Positions 32,617 to 44,911 of a DNA stretch of 64,000 nucleotides are shown here, piece after piece. Position numbers and translations under genes: made by a program. Positions within the stretch are counted from its first letter, which is position 1. Each line of letters starts with the position of its first letter. This stretch comes from Pseudomonadota bacterium (GTDB lineage Bacteria > Bdellovibrionota > Bdellovibrionia > Bdellovibrionales > Bdellovibrionaceae), in assembly GCA_041178425.1 (NCBI GenBank), contig JBEGVH010000031.1, positions 64,001 to 128,000 of the forward strand, given 5' to 3'. The notes under the pieces were generated by a model. The model was given only the letters and a program-made list of their open reading frames with translations, was not told the DNA's origin and did not search any database.

Positions 32617-34139
32617 TGATGGAAACTCAGATTCGTGCGGATGAGATTAGTCGCGTATTAAAAGAACAAATTGGTCAATACTCTAAGAGAGTAGAGGTCA
32701 GTGAAACTGGAAGCGTACTTTCCGTTGGTGACGGAGTTGCGCGTGTCCATGGACTCGAAGGTGTAATGGCCGGAGAGCTCGTAGAATTCCCAGGCGAAGT
32801 TTATGGGATGGTTTTGAACCTTGAAGACGCATCAGTGGGTGCCGTTATTCTTGGTGAAGACCGTGACATTAAAGAAGGTGACCTAGTTAAGAGAACGAAA
32901 AAAATCGTTCAGGTACCGGTTGGTGAAGCCCTTCTAGGTCGTGTAGTAAATGGTCTTGGAATGCCTGTTGATGGGCGAGGAGCTTTGAACAATCAGCACT
33001 CTCGTGTTGTTGAAATTAAAGCCCCCGGTATCGTGAAGAGAAAGTCGGTTCATGAGCCGATGCAAACAGGCTATAAGGCCATTGATTCTCTTATCCCAAT
33101 TGGTCGTGGCCAAAGGGAATTAATCATTGGAGATCGTCAAACAGGTAAAACTGCTTTGGCTATCGACACGATTATTAACCAAAAAGGACAGGGTGTTTAC
33201 TGTTTCTACGTCGCTATCGGACAGAAGCAATCGACTGTTGCGAGTGTTGTTGAAAAACTCCGTCAGGCTGGCGCCCTTGAATATACGACAGTCATTGCGG
33301 CAAATGCCTCTGACCCAGCGCCATTGCAATTCTTGGCCGCTTACTCAGGGACAACAATGGCTGAGTACTTTAGAGACACCGGCCGCCACGCTCTTATCAT
33401 TTACGATGATTTAACAAAACAAGCTCAAGCTTACCGTCAGTTATCGCTTCTTTTGAGACGCCCTCCAGGTCGTGAAGCTTATCCAGGAGACGTATTTTAT
33501 CTCCACTCACGTCTTTTAGAGCGTGCAGCGAAACTTTCTGATGAAATGGGTGGGGGTTCACTAACTGCTCTTCCAATCATTGAAACTCAGGCTGGTGACA
33601 TCTCTGCGTACATTCCTACAAACGTTATCTCAATTACCGATGGTCAGATCTTCCTAGAGTCAGACTTGTTCTACAAAGGTATTCGACCAGCTTTAAACGT
33701 TGGTAAATCAGTTTCTCGTGTGGGTGGATCTGCTCAGATCAAAGGGATGAAGCAAGTTGCTGGATCAATAAAACTTGAGTTGGCTCAGTTTAGAGCGCTG
33801 GAGGCGTTTGCTGCATTTGCATCTGACCTAGATAAAGCGTCTCAGCAACAGTTAGCTCGCGGTAGAAGACTCGTTGAGCTTTTGAAGCAGCCACAATATG
33901 CTCCGTTAAGAGTTGAATATCAAATCATAGCGATTTTTGCAGCGACTGGTGGGTATCTTGATGTTATCCCAGAGAAAGATGTACAGCGCTATGAGGGTGA
34001 GTTGATTCAATTCATGGATCAAAAGCACGCCCATATTCCAAAGGCAATTGCCACAGATAAGCAGATTAAAGACGAAACGAAGAAGCTTTTGATTGAAGCT
34101 CTGAAGGAATTTGCAGCTATATTCCAAGTTTCTAAATAG
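32616..34139 (+). CDS. atpA: F1 ATP synthase alpha subunit
   Basis: [49 protein letters not shown]. Confidence 0.98.
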   Translation: MMETQIRADEISRVLKEQIGQYSKRVEVSETGSVLSVGDGVARVHGLEGVMAGELVEFPGEVYGMVLNLEDASVGAVILGEDRDIKEGDLVKRTKKIVQVPVGEALLGRVVNGLGMPVDGRGALNNQHSRVVEIKAPGIVKRKSVHEPMQTGYKAIDSLIPIGRGQRELIIGDRQTGKTALAIDTIINQKGQGVYCFYVAIGQKQSTVASVVEKLRQAGALEYTTVIAANASDPAPLQFLAAYSGTTMAEYFRDTGRHALIIYDDLTKQAQAYRQLSLLLRRPPGREAYPGDVFYLHSRLLERAAKLSDEMGGGSLTALPIIETQAGDISAYIPTNVISITDGQIFLESDLFYKGIRPALNVGKSVSRVGGSAQIKGMKQVAGSIKLELAQFRALEAFAAFASDLDKASQQQLARGRRLVELLKQPQYAPLRVEYQIIAIFAATGGYLDVIPEKDVQRYEGELIQFMDQKHAHIPKAIATDKQIKDETKKLLIEALKEFAAIFQVSK

Positions 34140-34151
34140 TGAGAGCATGCC

Positions 34152-35033
34152 ATGGCTAGTTTAAAGGACATACGTGCTCGAATTGAGAGTACAAAGAACA
34201 CCCAGCAGATTACCAAGGCGATGAAAATGGTCTCGGCAGCAAAATTGCGCCGAGCCCAGAATAATATCGTCAACATGAGGCCTTATGCGAAGACCCTCAT
34301 CAAGGTTATTGCTGATATCGCTGTGACTCAAAGAATTGACCACCCACTTTTAACTCCGAGATCGGAGCCTAAAAAGATTTTGGTTGTTGTTTTGAGCAGT
34401 GACAGGGGTCTTTGTGCTGGATTTAACGCGAATATAAACAAATTTGTCGACCTATTCTATAAAGCGAATGTTGGAAAATTTGAAAAGCTTGATTTCTTGT
34501 TCATAGGTAAAAAGTCAGCAGAGTTTTTCCAACGCCGCAAACTTTCAACTATTGAAGTGATCACAAAGCTCGACAGGGAAATCTCGAGTACATTGGCGGG
34601 AAAAGTAGCTCACGGTCTCATGGATCATTATCTTAAGGGAAACTACGATGAAATTCGAGTAGTGTATAACGAATTTCGCTCAGCTATTTCTCAGGTTGTT
34701 GTGTGTGAGACGCTTTTACCAGTGGATCTTAGCAAACAAACTTTTGATAAACAGCAAGGTCCAGTGGGATTCGCGGTTGATATGATTTTTGAACCATCCC
34801 CTGAGTTAATAATTGAAGATCTTTTGAAAAAGCATTTTTCAATTCAAGTTTATCGTTGCATGTCTGAGAGCGTAGCAGCCGAACACGGTGCCCGTATGTC
34901 AGCAATGGAAAGTGCAACTAATAACGCTAAGGCGATGATTAACTCATTAACACTGACTTACAATAAGTTGCGACAAGAGAAGATCACAACAGAACTTATT
35001 GAGATCACGACCGGCGCGGAAGCTTTAAAGTGA
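34152..35033 (+). CDS. atpG: F1 ATP synthase gamma subunit
   Basis: ITKAMKMVSAAK, SDRGLCAGFN, EHGARMSAM, RQEKITTELIEI. Confidence 0.98.
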   Translation: MASLKDIRARIESTKNTQQITKAMKMVSAAKLRRAQNNIVNMRPYAKTLIKVIADIAVTQRIDHPLLTPRSEPKKILVVVLSSDRGLCAGFNANINKFVDLFYKANVGKFEKLDFLFIGKKSAEFFQRRKLSTIEVITKLDREISSTLAGKVAHGLMDHYLKGNYDEIRVVYNEFRSAISQVVVCETLLPVDLSKQTFDKQQGPVGFAVDMIFEPSPELIIEDLLKKHFSIQVYRCMSESVAAEHGARMSAMESATNNAKAMINSLTLTYNKLRQEKITTELIEITTGAEALK

Positions 35034-35041
35034 GGATTTAG

Positions 35042-36864
<1,823 letters not shown>

Positions 36865-36913
36865 TCGTGGTTGTTGCCTGACTCGTTCGATACATTAAAT
36901 TGAAAATATTTAT

Positions 36914-36946
36914 AGACCCTTTTGTTCAGCAAAAGGGTCTTTTTTT
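36914..36946 (+). terminator. Intrinsic terminator after atpC (convergent with mfd)
   Basis: agacccttttg-ttcag-caaaagggtct followed by a T run. Confidence 0.85.
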
Positions 36947-36950
36947 ATTC

Positions 36951-39900
36951 TTAGATGAGCTTCTCAAGGGACTCTAGTTCCTCAAAAATCCTCTGCATAG
37001 AGATTTGATTCATACGAATAGTGAGCCTAGAGTCAGGGGAAATAGAGTATTTTTTGTTTTCGCGCATAGCGAGCTGAATAACCACCTCTGTTCGCAGCGG
37101 CGTGCGGTCAGAAAAAATGAGTGAGAGTGTTTTTAGCCCCGTGGTTAGATCGCGGATTCCGAGCTGCTTGCATTTCAAGCGCAACAACATGAGGCCCATG
37201 AGGTTCAATACTGGTTCGGGCAGGGCGCCAAATTGGTCTTTTAGGTCATCTTCGAGGTCGGCAAGGTCGTCTTGTGATTGAATATTCGCTAGGGCCTTGT
37301 AGTACGAAAGCCGCAATCGAATGTCTTGTATGTAGGTGTCTGGGATGAGTGCGGGAATACGAAGGTTAATCTCAGGTTCGAGCTCAAGGTCTGGCGGTGT
37401 TTCCCCCTTGGCTTCAGCTAAAGTTTCACTCAGTAGATCCATGTATAACTCATATCCAACCAGGTCGACAGTTCCGGATTGCTCTTCGCCCAAAATATTG
37501 CCAGCCCCTCTCAACTCGAGATCATGCTGAGCCACAACCATTCCACTGCCAAGCGCCGTGTTTTCTTGAATTACGCGCAGTCGTTCCTGTGCTTCTTTGT
37601 CAATATTCTTACCCTTCGGAATTAAAAGGTAGCAGTAAGCTCTTTGTTTAGAGCGGCCAACGCGTCCACGAAGCTGATAGAGTTGAGACAAACCAAGCTG
37701 ATGGGCATTATCAACAAAAATGGTATTAGCTCTGGGAACGTCAACGCCGGATTCAACAATTGTCGTGCACACAAGAACATCGATTTCATGACTGAAGAAC
37801 GAAACCATGGTTTGTTCGAGTTCTTCTTCATTCATTTGGCCGTGAGCTACTTTAATTCGGATATCTGGTAAAAATGCCCTTAACTCATCGGCTATACCAT
37901 AGATGCTCTGAACACGATTATGGATGAAGTAAACTTGTCCACCACGTGAAACTTCGGCGGTGATGGCCTTGCGAATAGTTTCTTGATCGAATTTACAGGT
38001 GTAAGTTCTTGTGGGAAGCCGATCGACAGGTGGGGTGTTAATAAAGCTAAGATCCCTAATGCCCACCAAACTCATATTCAGCGTACGAGGAATTGGAGTA
38101 GCAGACAGGGTTAACGTGTCGATAGCAACGCGCATCTTTCGTATACGCTCCTTGTGTGTGACTCCAAACTTTTGTTCTTCATCAACAATCAACAGCCCCA
38201 AGTTTTTGAACAGTACATCTTTTGATAGAATGCGGTGAGTACCAATCAAAATATCGACTCGACCTTCTTTGGCATCGATCAAAGTTTTTTTTGCATCGGC
38301 GGGAGAGACAAAGCGATTGAGTTCGCGAATTTCGATGGGCCACCCTTTGAAACGCTTTTTGAAGGTTTCAAAATGCTGAAAACTCAAAACCGTCGTGGGG
38401 GCAAGAATAGCGACTTGGCGCCGGTCTTGAACTGCCTTGAACGCAGCCCTCATTGCAACCTCAGTCTTTCCGAATCCGACATCGCCACAGATGAGGCGGT
38501 CCATAGGACGAGGGGATGTGAGATCACTAACGACATCCGAAATAGCACGAAGCTGATCGTCCGTTTCATCATAAGGAAAGCCAGCTTCAAAGGCCGCAAA
38601 GTCTTTATCGGGCGCAGAGAAACTAGGGCGTTGCATTTGAGATCTTTGAGCATAAAGTTGCAGGAGTTCGTTGGCGATGTCGCGAAGATGCGCCTTCACT
38701 TTGACTTTGGCTTTTTCCCAACTTGTTCCACCAAGCTTATCTACCGAAACTGTTGCTAGGCCGCTCGAATATTTTTGTAATTGGGCAATTCTATAAACCG
38801 GCAAATACAACTTATCTTTGTCTTTGTAGGCTATTTGAATGAACTCCGCATCGATGCCATTGACTGGCATCACCTTGAGGCCCTCATATTTTCCCACACC
38901 ATGTTTTATATGAACAACATAGTCTCCTGGATTCAGATCGCCAAAACTCAGCCGCTCTATTTGCTTCTGGATTTCTTTTTGGGCTTGCGATTTTTTGAGA
39001 CGAGATTTGGAGCCAAAAAAATCGTCATCCCGTAAAAAGATAGTTTTTTCAGTCGTCCATCGAAGGCTCTGATCAAGGTAGGCAGGAAGAATGTGAATGA
39101 GACGTTCATCTCGTTTTTGCAGGAGTGACCAGTCTTCTAATAAGAATTCATCATCGGCAGTGACAACAGCACGAAAATCGGCACGCTCAAGCAAATGCTT
39201 AAGGCGATCACTTTGCTGATGGTTGCGTCCGAAAATAAAAATCGTATAGTCATCTTTTTTCCAAAGCTTTAATCGGGCCTCAATCGTTTTTAGCCAGGTC
39301 TCAGATCCAGCGGTGTGACCCTGAATTTGAGAAGCGAACTCGCTTGGCACCAACGCTTGATAATCGATAGATTCAAACTCATCGGTCTCGTCATTATCAT
39401 TAAGAACGATTCGGTTAAGGCGTATTTTTCGACTTTCAATTGGAATTTGAAGTTGCTCAAGAGAGTCAAATAGATCACTCCAAAGTGGTCGGATGGTCAG
39501 TCCGTCAGAATTTGCATATCCCTGCTTAGCCTCTTCAACAAACAAGTCACTCGTTCGATTGATCTCGATGTAATCAAGATACCAAACGTTGAGTGCACTT
39601 GAAAAATGCTCCAACGGCGAGACGCAGGTCTCATAAAAAAATGGCAACATAAAGTCGATACCAGAAAAATACTGTTCTCGAGCAAGACTCCTCAGTGTTT
39701 CATCAAGGTCTTCTTTCTGAACTGGCCGACCCTGCACCGATGATCGAAATTTGGCGAGAACGCCTTCGATGGTCTCCTGATGAAAGAGAACTTCATGGGA
39801 GGGAATAATATATGCTTCATTTAAAACTTTTAGCGTTCTCTGGGTTTCTGAGGAGAACAATCGAATAGACTCAATAAGATCACCAAAAAGTTCTATTCGC

Positions 39901-40475
39901 AGTGGATGACCATGGGCAGGAGAAAAAATATCGACGATGCCACCCCTAAGGGCGAACTGGCCAGGATCTTCAACAAGAGGACTCGATTGGTAGCCTAGGG
40001 CTGCTAGTTGCTTTGCAATTTGAGGGTCAAGTTCTTCTCCCTGCACTAATTTGAAGGAGTTTTTTTTGAGTTCGTTGAACGGAAGAGTCTTCTGCTGAAG
40101 AGCTTGGACGGGTGCGACAAAAATATCGCCCGGTTTTGCATCGGCTGCGGCATGAAGCCATCCCAGTCGATGTTTAGTCACAAACTCATTGGGAATGAGT
40201 GTTGAATACGGTGAAACATCATAAAAGGGCAGAATATGCACTGCCTTTGGGCAATGAAAAACTCCTAATTGACGCTTGATGGATTCTGCTTCCTCTAAAC
40301 TAGAGGTTACAATGAGGTGTGGTAAATCATTGATTTGTTTTGAATAAGTTTGAGCTAATAAAAAAACAAGAGCCAAAGAGGAGTGCGCACCCACCAACTC
40401 GATATTTTTTTTGGTGAGAGTGAATTGTCGCTCAAGAATAGTTTCTAGATGTGGATGCAAATAACCGATTTTCAT
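36951..40475 (-). CDS. mfd: Transcription-repair coupling factor Mfd (start uncertain, 40475-40517)
   Basis: RGGIVDIF, VVHIKHGVGKY (RID), CGDVGFGKTEVA, DEEQKFGV, SATPIPRTL, QLRGRVGRS, TRCF C-terminal domain. Confidence 0.96.
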   Translation of the reverse strand: MKIGYLHPHLETILERQFTLTKKNIELVGAHSSLALVFLLAQTYSKQINDLPHLIVTSSLEEAESIKRQLGVFHCPKAVHILPFYDVSPYSTLIPNEFVTKHRLGWLHAAADAKPGDIFVAPVQALQQKTLPFNELKKNSFKLVQGEELDPQIAKQLAALGYQSSPLVEDPGQFALRGGIVDIFSPAHGHPLRIELFGDLIESIRLFSSETQRTLKVLNEAYIIPSHEVLFHQETIEGVLAKFRSSVQGRPVQKEDLDETLRSLAREQYFSGIDFMLPFFYETCVSPLEHFSSALNVWYLDYIEINRTSDLFVEEAKQGYANSDGLTIRPLWSDLFDSLEQLQIPIESRKIRLNRIVLNDNDETDEFESIDYQALVPSEFASQIQGHTAGSETWLKTIEARLKLWKKDDYTIFIFGRNHQQSDRLKHLLERADFRAVVTADDEFLLEDWSLLQKRDERLIHILPAYLDQSLRWTTEKTIFLRDDDFFGSKSRLKKSQAQKEIQKQIERLSFGDLNPGDYVVHIKHGVGKYEGLKVMPVNGIDAEFIQIAYKDKDKLYLPVYRIAQLQKYSSGLATVSVDKLGGTSWEKAKVKVKAHLRDIANELLQLYAQRSQMQRPSFSAPDKDFAAFEAGFPYDETDDQLRAISDVVSDLTSPRPMDRLICGDVGFGKTEVAMRAAFKAVQDRRQVAILAPTTVLSFQHFETFKKRFKGWPIEIRELNRFVSPADAKKTLIDAKEGRVDILIGTHRILSKDVLFKNLGLLIVDEEQKFGVTHKERIRKMRVAIDTLTLSATPIPRTLNMSLVGIRDLSFINTPPVDRLPTRTYTCKFDQETIRKAITAEVSRGGQVYFIHNRVQSIYGIADELRAFLPDIRIKVAHGQMNEEELEQTMVSFFSHEIDVLVCTTIVESGVDVPRANTIFVDNAHQLGLSQLYQLRGRVGRSKQRAYCYLLIPKGKNIDKEAQERLRVIQENTALGSGMVVAQHDLELRGAGNILGEEQSGTVDLVGYELYMDLLSETLAEAKGETPPDLELEPEINLRIPALIPDTYIQDIRLRLSYYKALANIQSQDDLADLEDDLKDQFGALPEPVLNLMGLMLLRLKCKQLGIRDLTTGLKTLSLIFSDRTPLRTEVVIQLAMRENKKYSISPDSRLTIRMNQISMQRIFEELESLEKLI

Positions 40476-40586
40476 ATGCGGAGCGATCATGCCACGGATC
40501 TCGGATGTTCGGAACATTATTCTTGGAATTTGAGCTAAACCCAGTTTATAAATAGATGATTTTCCGAAAAAATAAAGGAGTGTTTT

Positions 40587-40958
40587 GTGCCTCTAGGTGG
40601 AGTCATCTTTCTATTTATATTCATCACTTTGTTCGGAGCTTTGCTCCTTTTTCTCGCCAATAGAATTGGCCGTCGCATAAAAAAAACGAGTGCCGTGAAG
40701 CTGGCTCCCTACGAGTGTGGTATTCCCGGCATAGACAAAAAGGACACAAAAATATCCGTGAAGTTCTACCTGACCGCGATTCTCTTTATTCTTTTTGATA
40801 TTGAGATCATATTTATGTATCCATGGGCGCTCACATTTAAGGATTTCGCGGCGCAATCAGCAGGATTGTATTCGTTGCTTGCCATGGGCATTTTCCTTCT
40901 AGTGTTCATTTTCGGTCTCTTTTGGGAAGTTAAGTCTAAAGCTTTGGAGTGGGAATAA
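40587..40958 (+). CDS. nuoA: NADH-quinone oxidoreductase subunit A
   Basis: PYECG, KFYLTAILFILFDIE, C-terminal ALEWE. Confidence 0.95.
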   Translation: MPLGGVIFLFIFITLFGALLLFLANRIGRRIKKTSAVKLAPYECGIPGIDKKDTKISVKFYLTAILFILFDIEIIFMYPWALTFKDFAAQSAGLYSLLAMGIFLLVFIFGLFWEVKSKALEWE

Positions 40959-42109
40959 TGGGAACAGATGCATTAGAAATAGCAATAAATTGTATTAAGC
41001 TCGTTCTCATCTTTTTAATGATGGTTCAAGCTGTTCCAATCCTTGTGTGGGTGGAGCGCCGAGGTTCAGCGTTTATTCAAAATCGATTGGGTCCCAATCG
41101 AGTAGGCCCTTTGGGCTTACTCCAGCTTCTGGCGGACGCGGTTAAATTTTTAACCAAAGAAGAGTTTGTTCCGGGTAAGGGTATTCCTCTCCTTTACTAT
41201 TTGGCACCCGTTGTAGCGCTAATTCCGGGCGCGGTTGCCTTTTGTGCAATTCCCCTTTCAACTCCACTGGCTATTGAAGCGTTTGAGCTTTTTGGTCAGA
41301 AATGGGGTCCATACACAATTCTTTTCCAGGGATACGAAATTGGAGTGGGAATTGTTTTCGTTTTGGGAATCTCATCGCTGGCAACATACTCTATTCTAAT
41401 GGCCGGCTGGGGCTCTGGAAATAAGTACTCTTTGCTCGGTGCTCTACGAGCGAGCGCGCAGATTATCAGTTATGAGCTCGCCTTAGGATTATCGATTGTG
41501 GGCGTCTTGCTGTTAAATGGCAGTTTCAACTTTACTGAAATCATTCGCGCCCAAGAGGGCCCCCTGATGTTTCAGTTTTTAGGACACACAATTTCAACAT
41601 CTCTTGTTCCCAACTGGGGAATTTTTTATCAGCCCATTGGAGCCTTGATATTTTTTACTGCTTGTTTTGCCGAAAGCAATCGTCTTCCATTTGATTTGGC
41701 TGAGGGAGAGGCAGAGCTCGTGGCTGGTTTTCACGTTGAGTACGGCGGTTTCAAAATGCTTCTGTTCTTTATCGGTGAATATGGCCACATGATGGTTGGT
41801 TCAGCGATGTTTATTGCGCTCTTTTTGGGAGGATACAATATCCCTTGGATTACTCCACAGATGGTGCAGGAGCACTTCGTTGGACACGGATTTGGACCTT
41901 CGGGAGTCAGTGTAATGACTGCGCTTACTTTTTTTGTTTCCTTCATGATTAAGCTCGCATTGCTCTTGTGGATTTTTATCTGGGTTCGCTGGACCTTGCC
42001 GCGTTTTAGATATGATCAATTAATGGATCTCGGTTGGAAAACGATGCTGCCATGGGCGCTTGCCAATACGATTATTACAGCCATTGTTTTACAGATTGCA
42101 CATTCTTAA
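40958..42109 (+). CDS. nuoH: NADH-quinone oxidoreductase subunit H
   Basis: ERR..AFIQNRLGPNRVGPLG, AQIISYE, NRLPFDLAEGE, PRFRYDQLM. Confidence 0.96.
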   Translation: MGTDALEIAINCIKLVLIFLMMVQAVPILVWVERRGSAFIQNRLGPNRVGPLGLLQLLADAVKFLTKEEFVPGKGIPLLYYLAPVVALIPGAVAFCAIPLSTPLAIEAFELFGQKWGPYTILFQGYEIGVGIVFVLGISSLATYSILMAGWGSGNKYSLLGALRASAQIISYELALGLSIVGVLLLNGSFNFTEIIRAQEGPLMFQFLGHTISTSLVPNWGIFYQPIGALIFFTACFAESNRLPFDLAEGEAELVAGFHVEYGGFKMLLFFIGEYGHMMVGSAMFIALFLGGYNIPWITPQMVQEHFVGHGFGPSGVSVMTALTFFVSFMIKLALLLWIFIWVRWTLPRFRYDQLMDLGWKTMLPWALANTIITAIVLQIAHS

Positions 42110-42121
42110 AGGAGCTTTTCA

Positions 42122-42658
42122 GTGACTGCTGACGCATTACTTTTTTGGTTTTTAGCTCTCGTAACAATAATTTCTGCTTTGGGAGTCGTGGTGCTTGCGA
42201 ACCCGGTGTTTTCGGCTCTTAGCCTGGTCATGACAATGGTCACGATTGCGGCCCTCTTTGCCACCCTGAAGGCATTTTTTCTTGCTGGAGTTCAACTCAT
42301 TGTGTACGCCGGGGCCGTTATGGTCCTCTTCGTGATGGTATTGATGCTGTTTGACTTACATAAAGAGAAGAAAGCATTTACCGAGGGTGCGTTTTCAGGA
42401 GGACTTAAGTTACTTCTTGGGGGCATGCTCGCGGGTTTGATGGTTGGGGCAGTCTCAATGTCGACAGACCTTTTTAAGTCAGTACCAGAATCGGCAATTA
42501 CTAATAATGTCACTGGCATTGAATCAACGAAGGTTTTAGGCAATCTTCTGATCACTCAATATATTTTTGGATTCGAAATCTTAGGCGTGCTCCTTCTTGT
42601 CATTGCAGTGGGTGCGGTCGCCTTAGCTAGAAGTAAAGGCGGAACACATGGCGCATGA
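42122..42658 (+). CDS. nuoJ: NADH-quinone oxidoreductase subunit J
   Basis: [30 protein letters not shown]. Confidence 0.95.
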   Translation: MTADALLFWFLALVTIISALGVVVLANPVFSALSLVMTMVTIAALFATLKAFFLAGVQLIVYAGAVMVLFVMVLMLFDLHKEKKAFTEGAFSGGLKLLLGGMLAGLMVGAVSMSTDLFKSVPESAITNNVTGIESTKVLGNLLITQYIFGFEILGVLLLVIAVGAVALARSKGGTHGA

Positions 42659-42971
42659 GTCTTTTTTAGAGCCAAGTCTTATTCATTATCTTATTTTATC
42701 AGCGATCATTTTCTCTTTAGGGATGCTAGGAGTTCTTCTTCGCAAAAATACAATTGTGATTTTAATGTGCATCGAGCTTATGTTGAATGCGGTGAATCTC
42801 ACCTTTGTGGCATTTAGCAAGTATTCAGGCAATATCAACGGTCAAATCATGGTGTTTTTCGTTATGACGATTGCAGCCGCTGAAGCCGCGGTAGGTTTGG
42901 CGATTGCGGTTTCTATCTTTAAGCGATTTAAAGAAATTAACATCCGATTTTTTGAAAATTTGAAGGGTTAA
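42648..42971 (+). CDS. nuoK: NADH-quinone oxidoreductase subunit K
   Basis: [21 protein letters not shown]. Confidence 0.96.
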   Translation: MAHESFLEPSLIHYLILSAIIFSLGMLGVLLRKNTIVILMCIELMLNAVNLTFVAFSKYSGNINGQIMVFFVMTIAAAEAAVGLAIAVSIFKRFKEINIRFFENLKG

Positions 42972-42973
42972 TT

Positions 42974-44908
42974 ATGAACGAACAAATTTTGATTGCAGTG
43001 CTTTTATTGGCCCCTCTCGTCGGTTTTCTAATTAATGGTTTTCGAGTTCGGCATCATAATAATGTGGTGGCTGGCTCCATCGCAACGATTGCGGTGGCAA
43101 CGAGTTTTATTTGTTCCCTCATTCTTTTTATAAAGCTTTTAGACATGCCGCCCGAATCTCGTCGGATAACTGTTAACTTTTTTAATTGGTTATCGGTTGG
43201 AAACTTTAAGGCAGACTTTTCTTTTGTCGTCGATCAGATTAGCGGAATTATGATTCTCATTATAACGGGGGTCGGATCATTGATCCATCTCTTCAGCATT
43301 GAGTACATGCACCACGACAAGGGTGTCGCTAAGTACTTTGCGTACCTAAATCTATTTGTTTTCAATATGTTGTTGCTTGTTTTGGGTGCCAACCTACTTG
43401 TTATGTTTACGGGCTGGGAAGGAGTTGGCCTATGCTCTTATCTCTTAATTGGCTTTTGGTTTAGTGACGAGGCCAAGGCTTCTGCCGGAATGAAAGCATT
43501 TGTGACCAATAGAATTGGTGATGCTGCTTTTATTCTTGGGATGTTTATTCTCTTCATGAATTTTAACACCATTGATTTTGCGGTTCTCAATAGCTTAGCG
43601 CCAACCACTCCGACAACCGACTGGTTAAATCCGCTAACTGTGGCTTGTTTGTTACTTTTTATTGGAGCTACTGGAAAGTCTGCTCAGATTCCACTTTATG
43701 TGTGGCTTCCAGATGCCATGGCTGGCCCTACGCCAGTGTCTGCACTCATCCACGCAGCAACCATGGTGACAGCGGGTGTTTACATGATCGTTCGCTTGAA
43801 CCCCATTTTTATGGCAGCACCTAATGCCTTAATGGTGGTAGCTATTGTTGGTGCGGCGACAGCCGTTGTTGCCGCCTCTATTGGTGTTGTGCAAAACGAT
43901 ATTAAAAAAGTCTTGGCCTATTCGACGGTTTCTCAGTTGGGATATATGTTCTTAGGAGTGGGTGTTGGTGCGTTTGGTGCGGCGATGTTTCACCTTATGA
44001 CACATGCGTTTTTTAAAGCGCTTATGTTTCTAGGCTCTGGAAGCGTCATTCATGCCATGCACGAAGAGCAAGACATCCAAAAAATGGGTGGACTAAGAAA
44101 GTATATGCCGGTGACCCACATTACGTTCGTGATGGGTTGGCTAGCTATTCTTGGTATTCCTGGATTCTCCGGATTCTTTTCTAAAGATGAAATTTTGTGG
44201 ATGGCATTTCATTCACCGATGGGTCACCCTGGCTTATGGGTGGCAGGAGTCGTCGGTGCTGTGATGACCTCTTTTTATATGACTCGTTTAATGGCTCTTA
44301 CTTTTTGGGGCGAGTCTCGAGTTTCAAAAGACGTTCATCCTCACGAATCTCCACTTTTAATGACACTACCATTGGTTGTTTTAGCGGTACTCGCTGTTGT
44401 CGGTGGATGGGTTGGAATTCCACATGTATTGGCGACTTTTATACCTGGACATCCTGAGAACTATTGGGAGCATTGGCTTCATCCGATGATGTCGGCCATT
44501 CCAAACTTGGCTCATGGTGATCCGCAAACAGAGCTCACTTTAATGGGAGTTTCCGTTGGCTTAATACTTTTGTCGGCGACACTTGCGTTTCTTTTCTATG
44601 CGAAAAATTCGTCAGTACCCTCTGCCACAGCAAGACTTTTGGGGCCTATCCATCGCCTATTAGTAGACAAGTACCGAATTGATGAGCTCTATGAGGCTAC
44701 GATCATTCGCCCTCTGGTTTGGCTCAGCGAAAACTTATGGCTTCATGTGGATGTAGCGTTTATTGATCGATGCACACATTGGGCTGCAGATGTTGTTAAA
44801 GGAGCTGGAAATATGGCTCGAACGATTCAAAATGGAAACCTTCAGCAATATGCAATGTATATGGCGCTTGGTTTAGTGGCTTTTCTTTCTTTTGTATTGA
44901 TGAGGTAA
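42974..44908 (+). CDS. nuoL: NADH-quinone oxidoreductase subunit L
   Basis: GWEGVGLCSYLLIGFW, GKSAQIPLYVWLPDAMAGPTPVSALIHAATMV. Confidence 0.97.
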   Translation: MNEQILIAVLLLAPLVGFLINGFRVRHHNNVVAGSIATIAVATSFICSLILFIKLLDMPPESRRITVNFFNWLSVGNFKADFSFVVDQISGIMILIITGVGSLIHLFSIEYMHHDKGVAKYFAYLNLFVFNMLLLVLGANLLVMFTGWEGVGLCSYLLIGFWFSDEAKASAGMKAFVTNRIGDAAFILGMFILFMNFNTIDFAVLNSLAPTTPTTDWLNPLTVACLLLFIGATGKSAQIPLYVWLPDAMAGPTPVSALIHAATMVTAGVYMIVRLNPIFMAAPNALMVVAIVGAATAVVAASIGVVQNDIKKVLAYSTVSQLGYMFLGVGVGAFGAAMFHLMTHAFFKALMFLGSGSVIHAMHEEQDIQKMGGLRKYMPVTHITFVMGWLAILGIPGFSGFFSKDEILWMAFHSPMGHPGLWVAGVVGAVMTSFYMTRLMALTFWGESRVSKDVHPHESPLLMTLPLVVLAVLAVVGGWVGIPHVLATFIPGHPENYWEHWLHPMMSAIPNLAHGDPQTELTLMGVSVGLILLSATLAFLFYAKNSSVPSATARLLGPIHRLLVDKYRIDELYEATIIRPLVWLSENLWLHVDVAFIDRCTHWAADVVKGAGNMARTIQNGNLQQYAMYMALGLVAFLSFVLMR

Positions 44909-44911
44909 AGA

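Noticed and set aside
37938..37953. parS-like CACGTGAAAC inside mfd
   Set aside because: Only one half-site matches, so it is not a palindromic parS.
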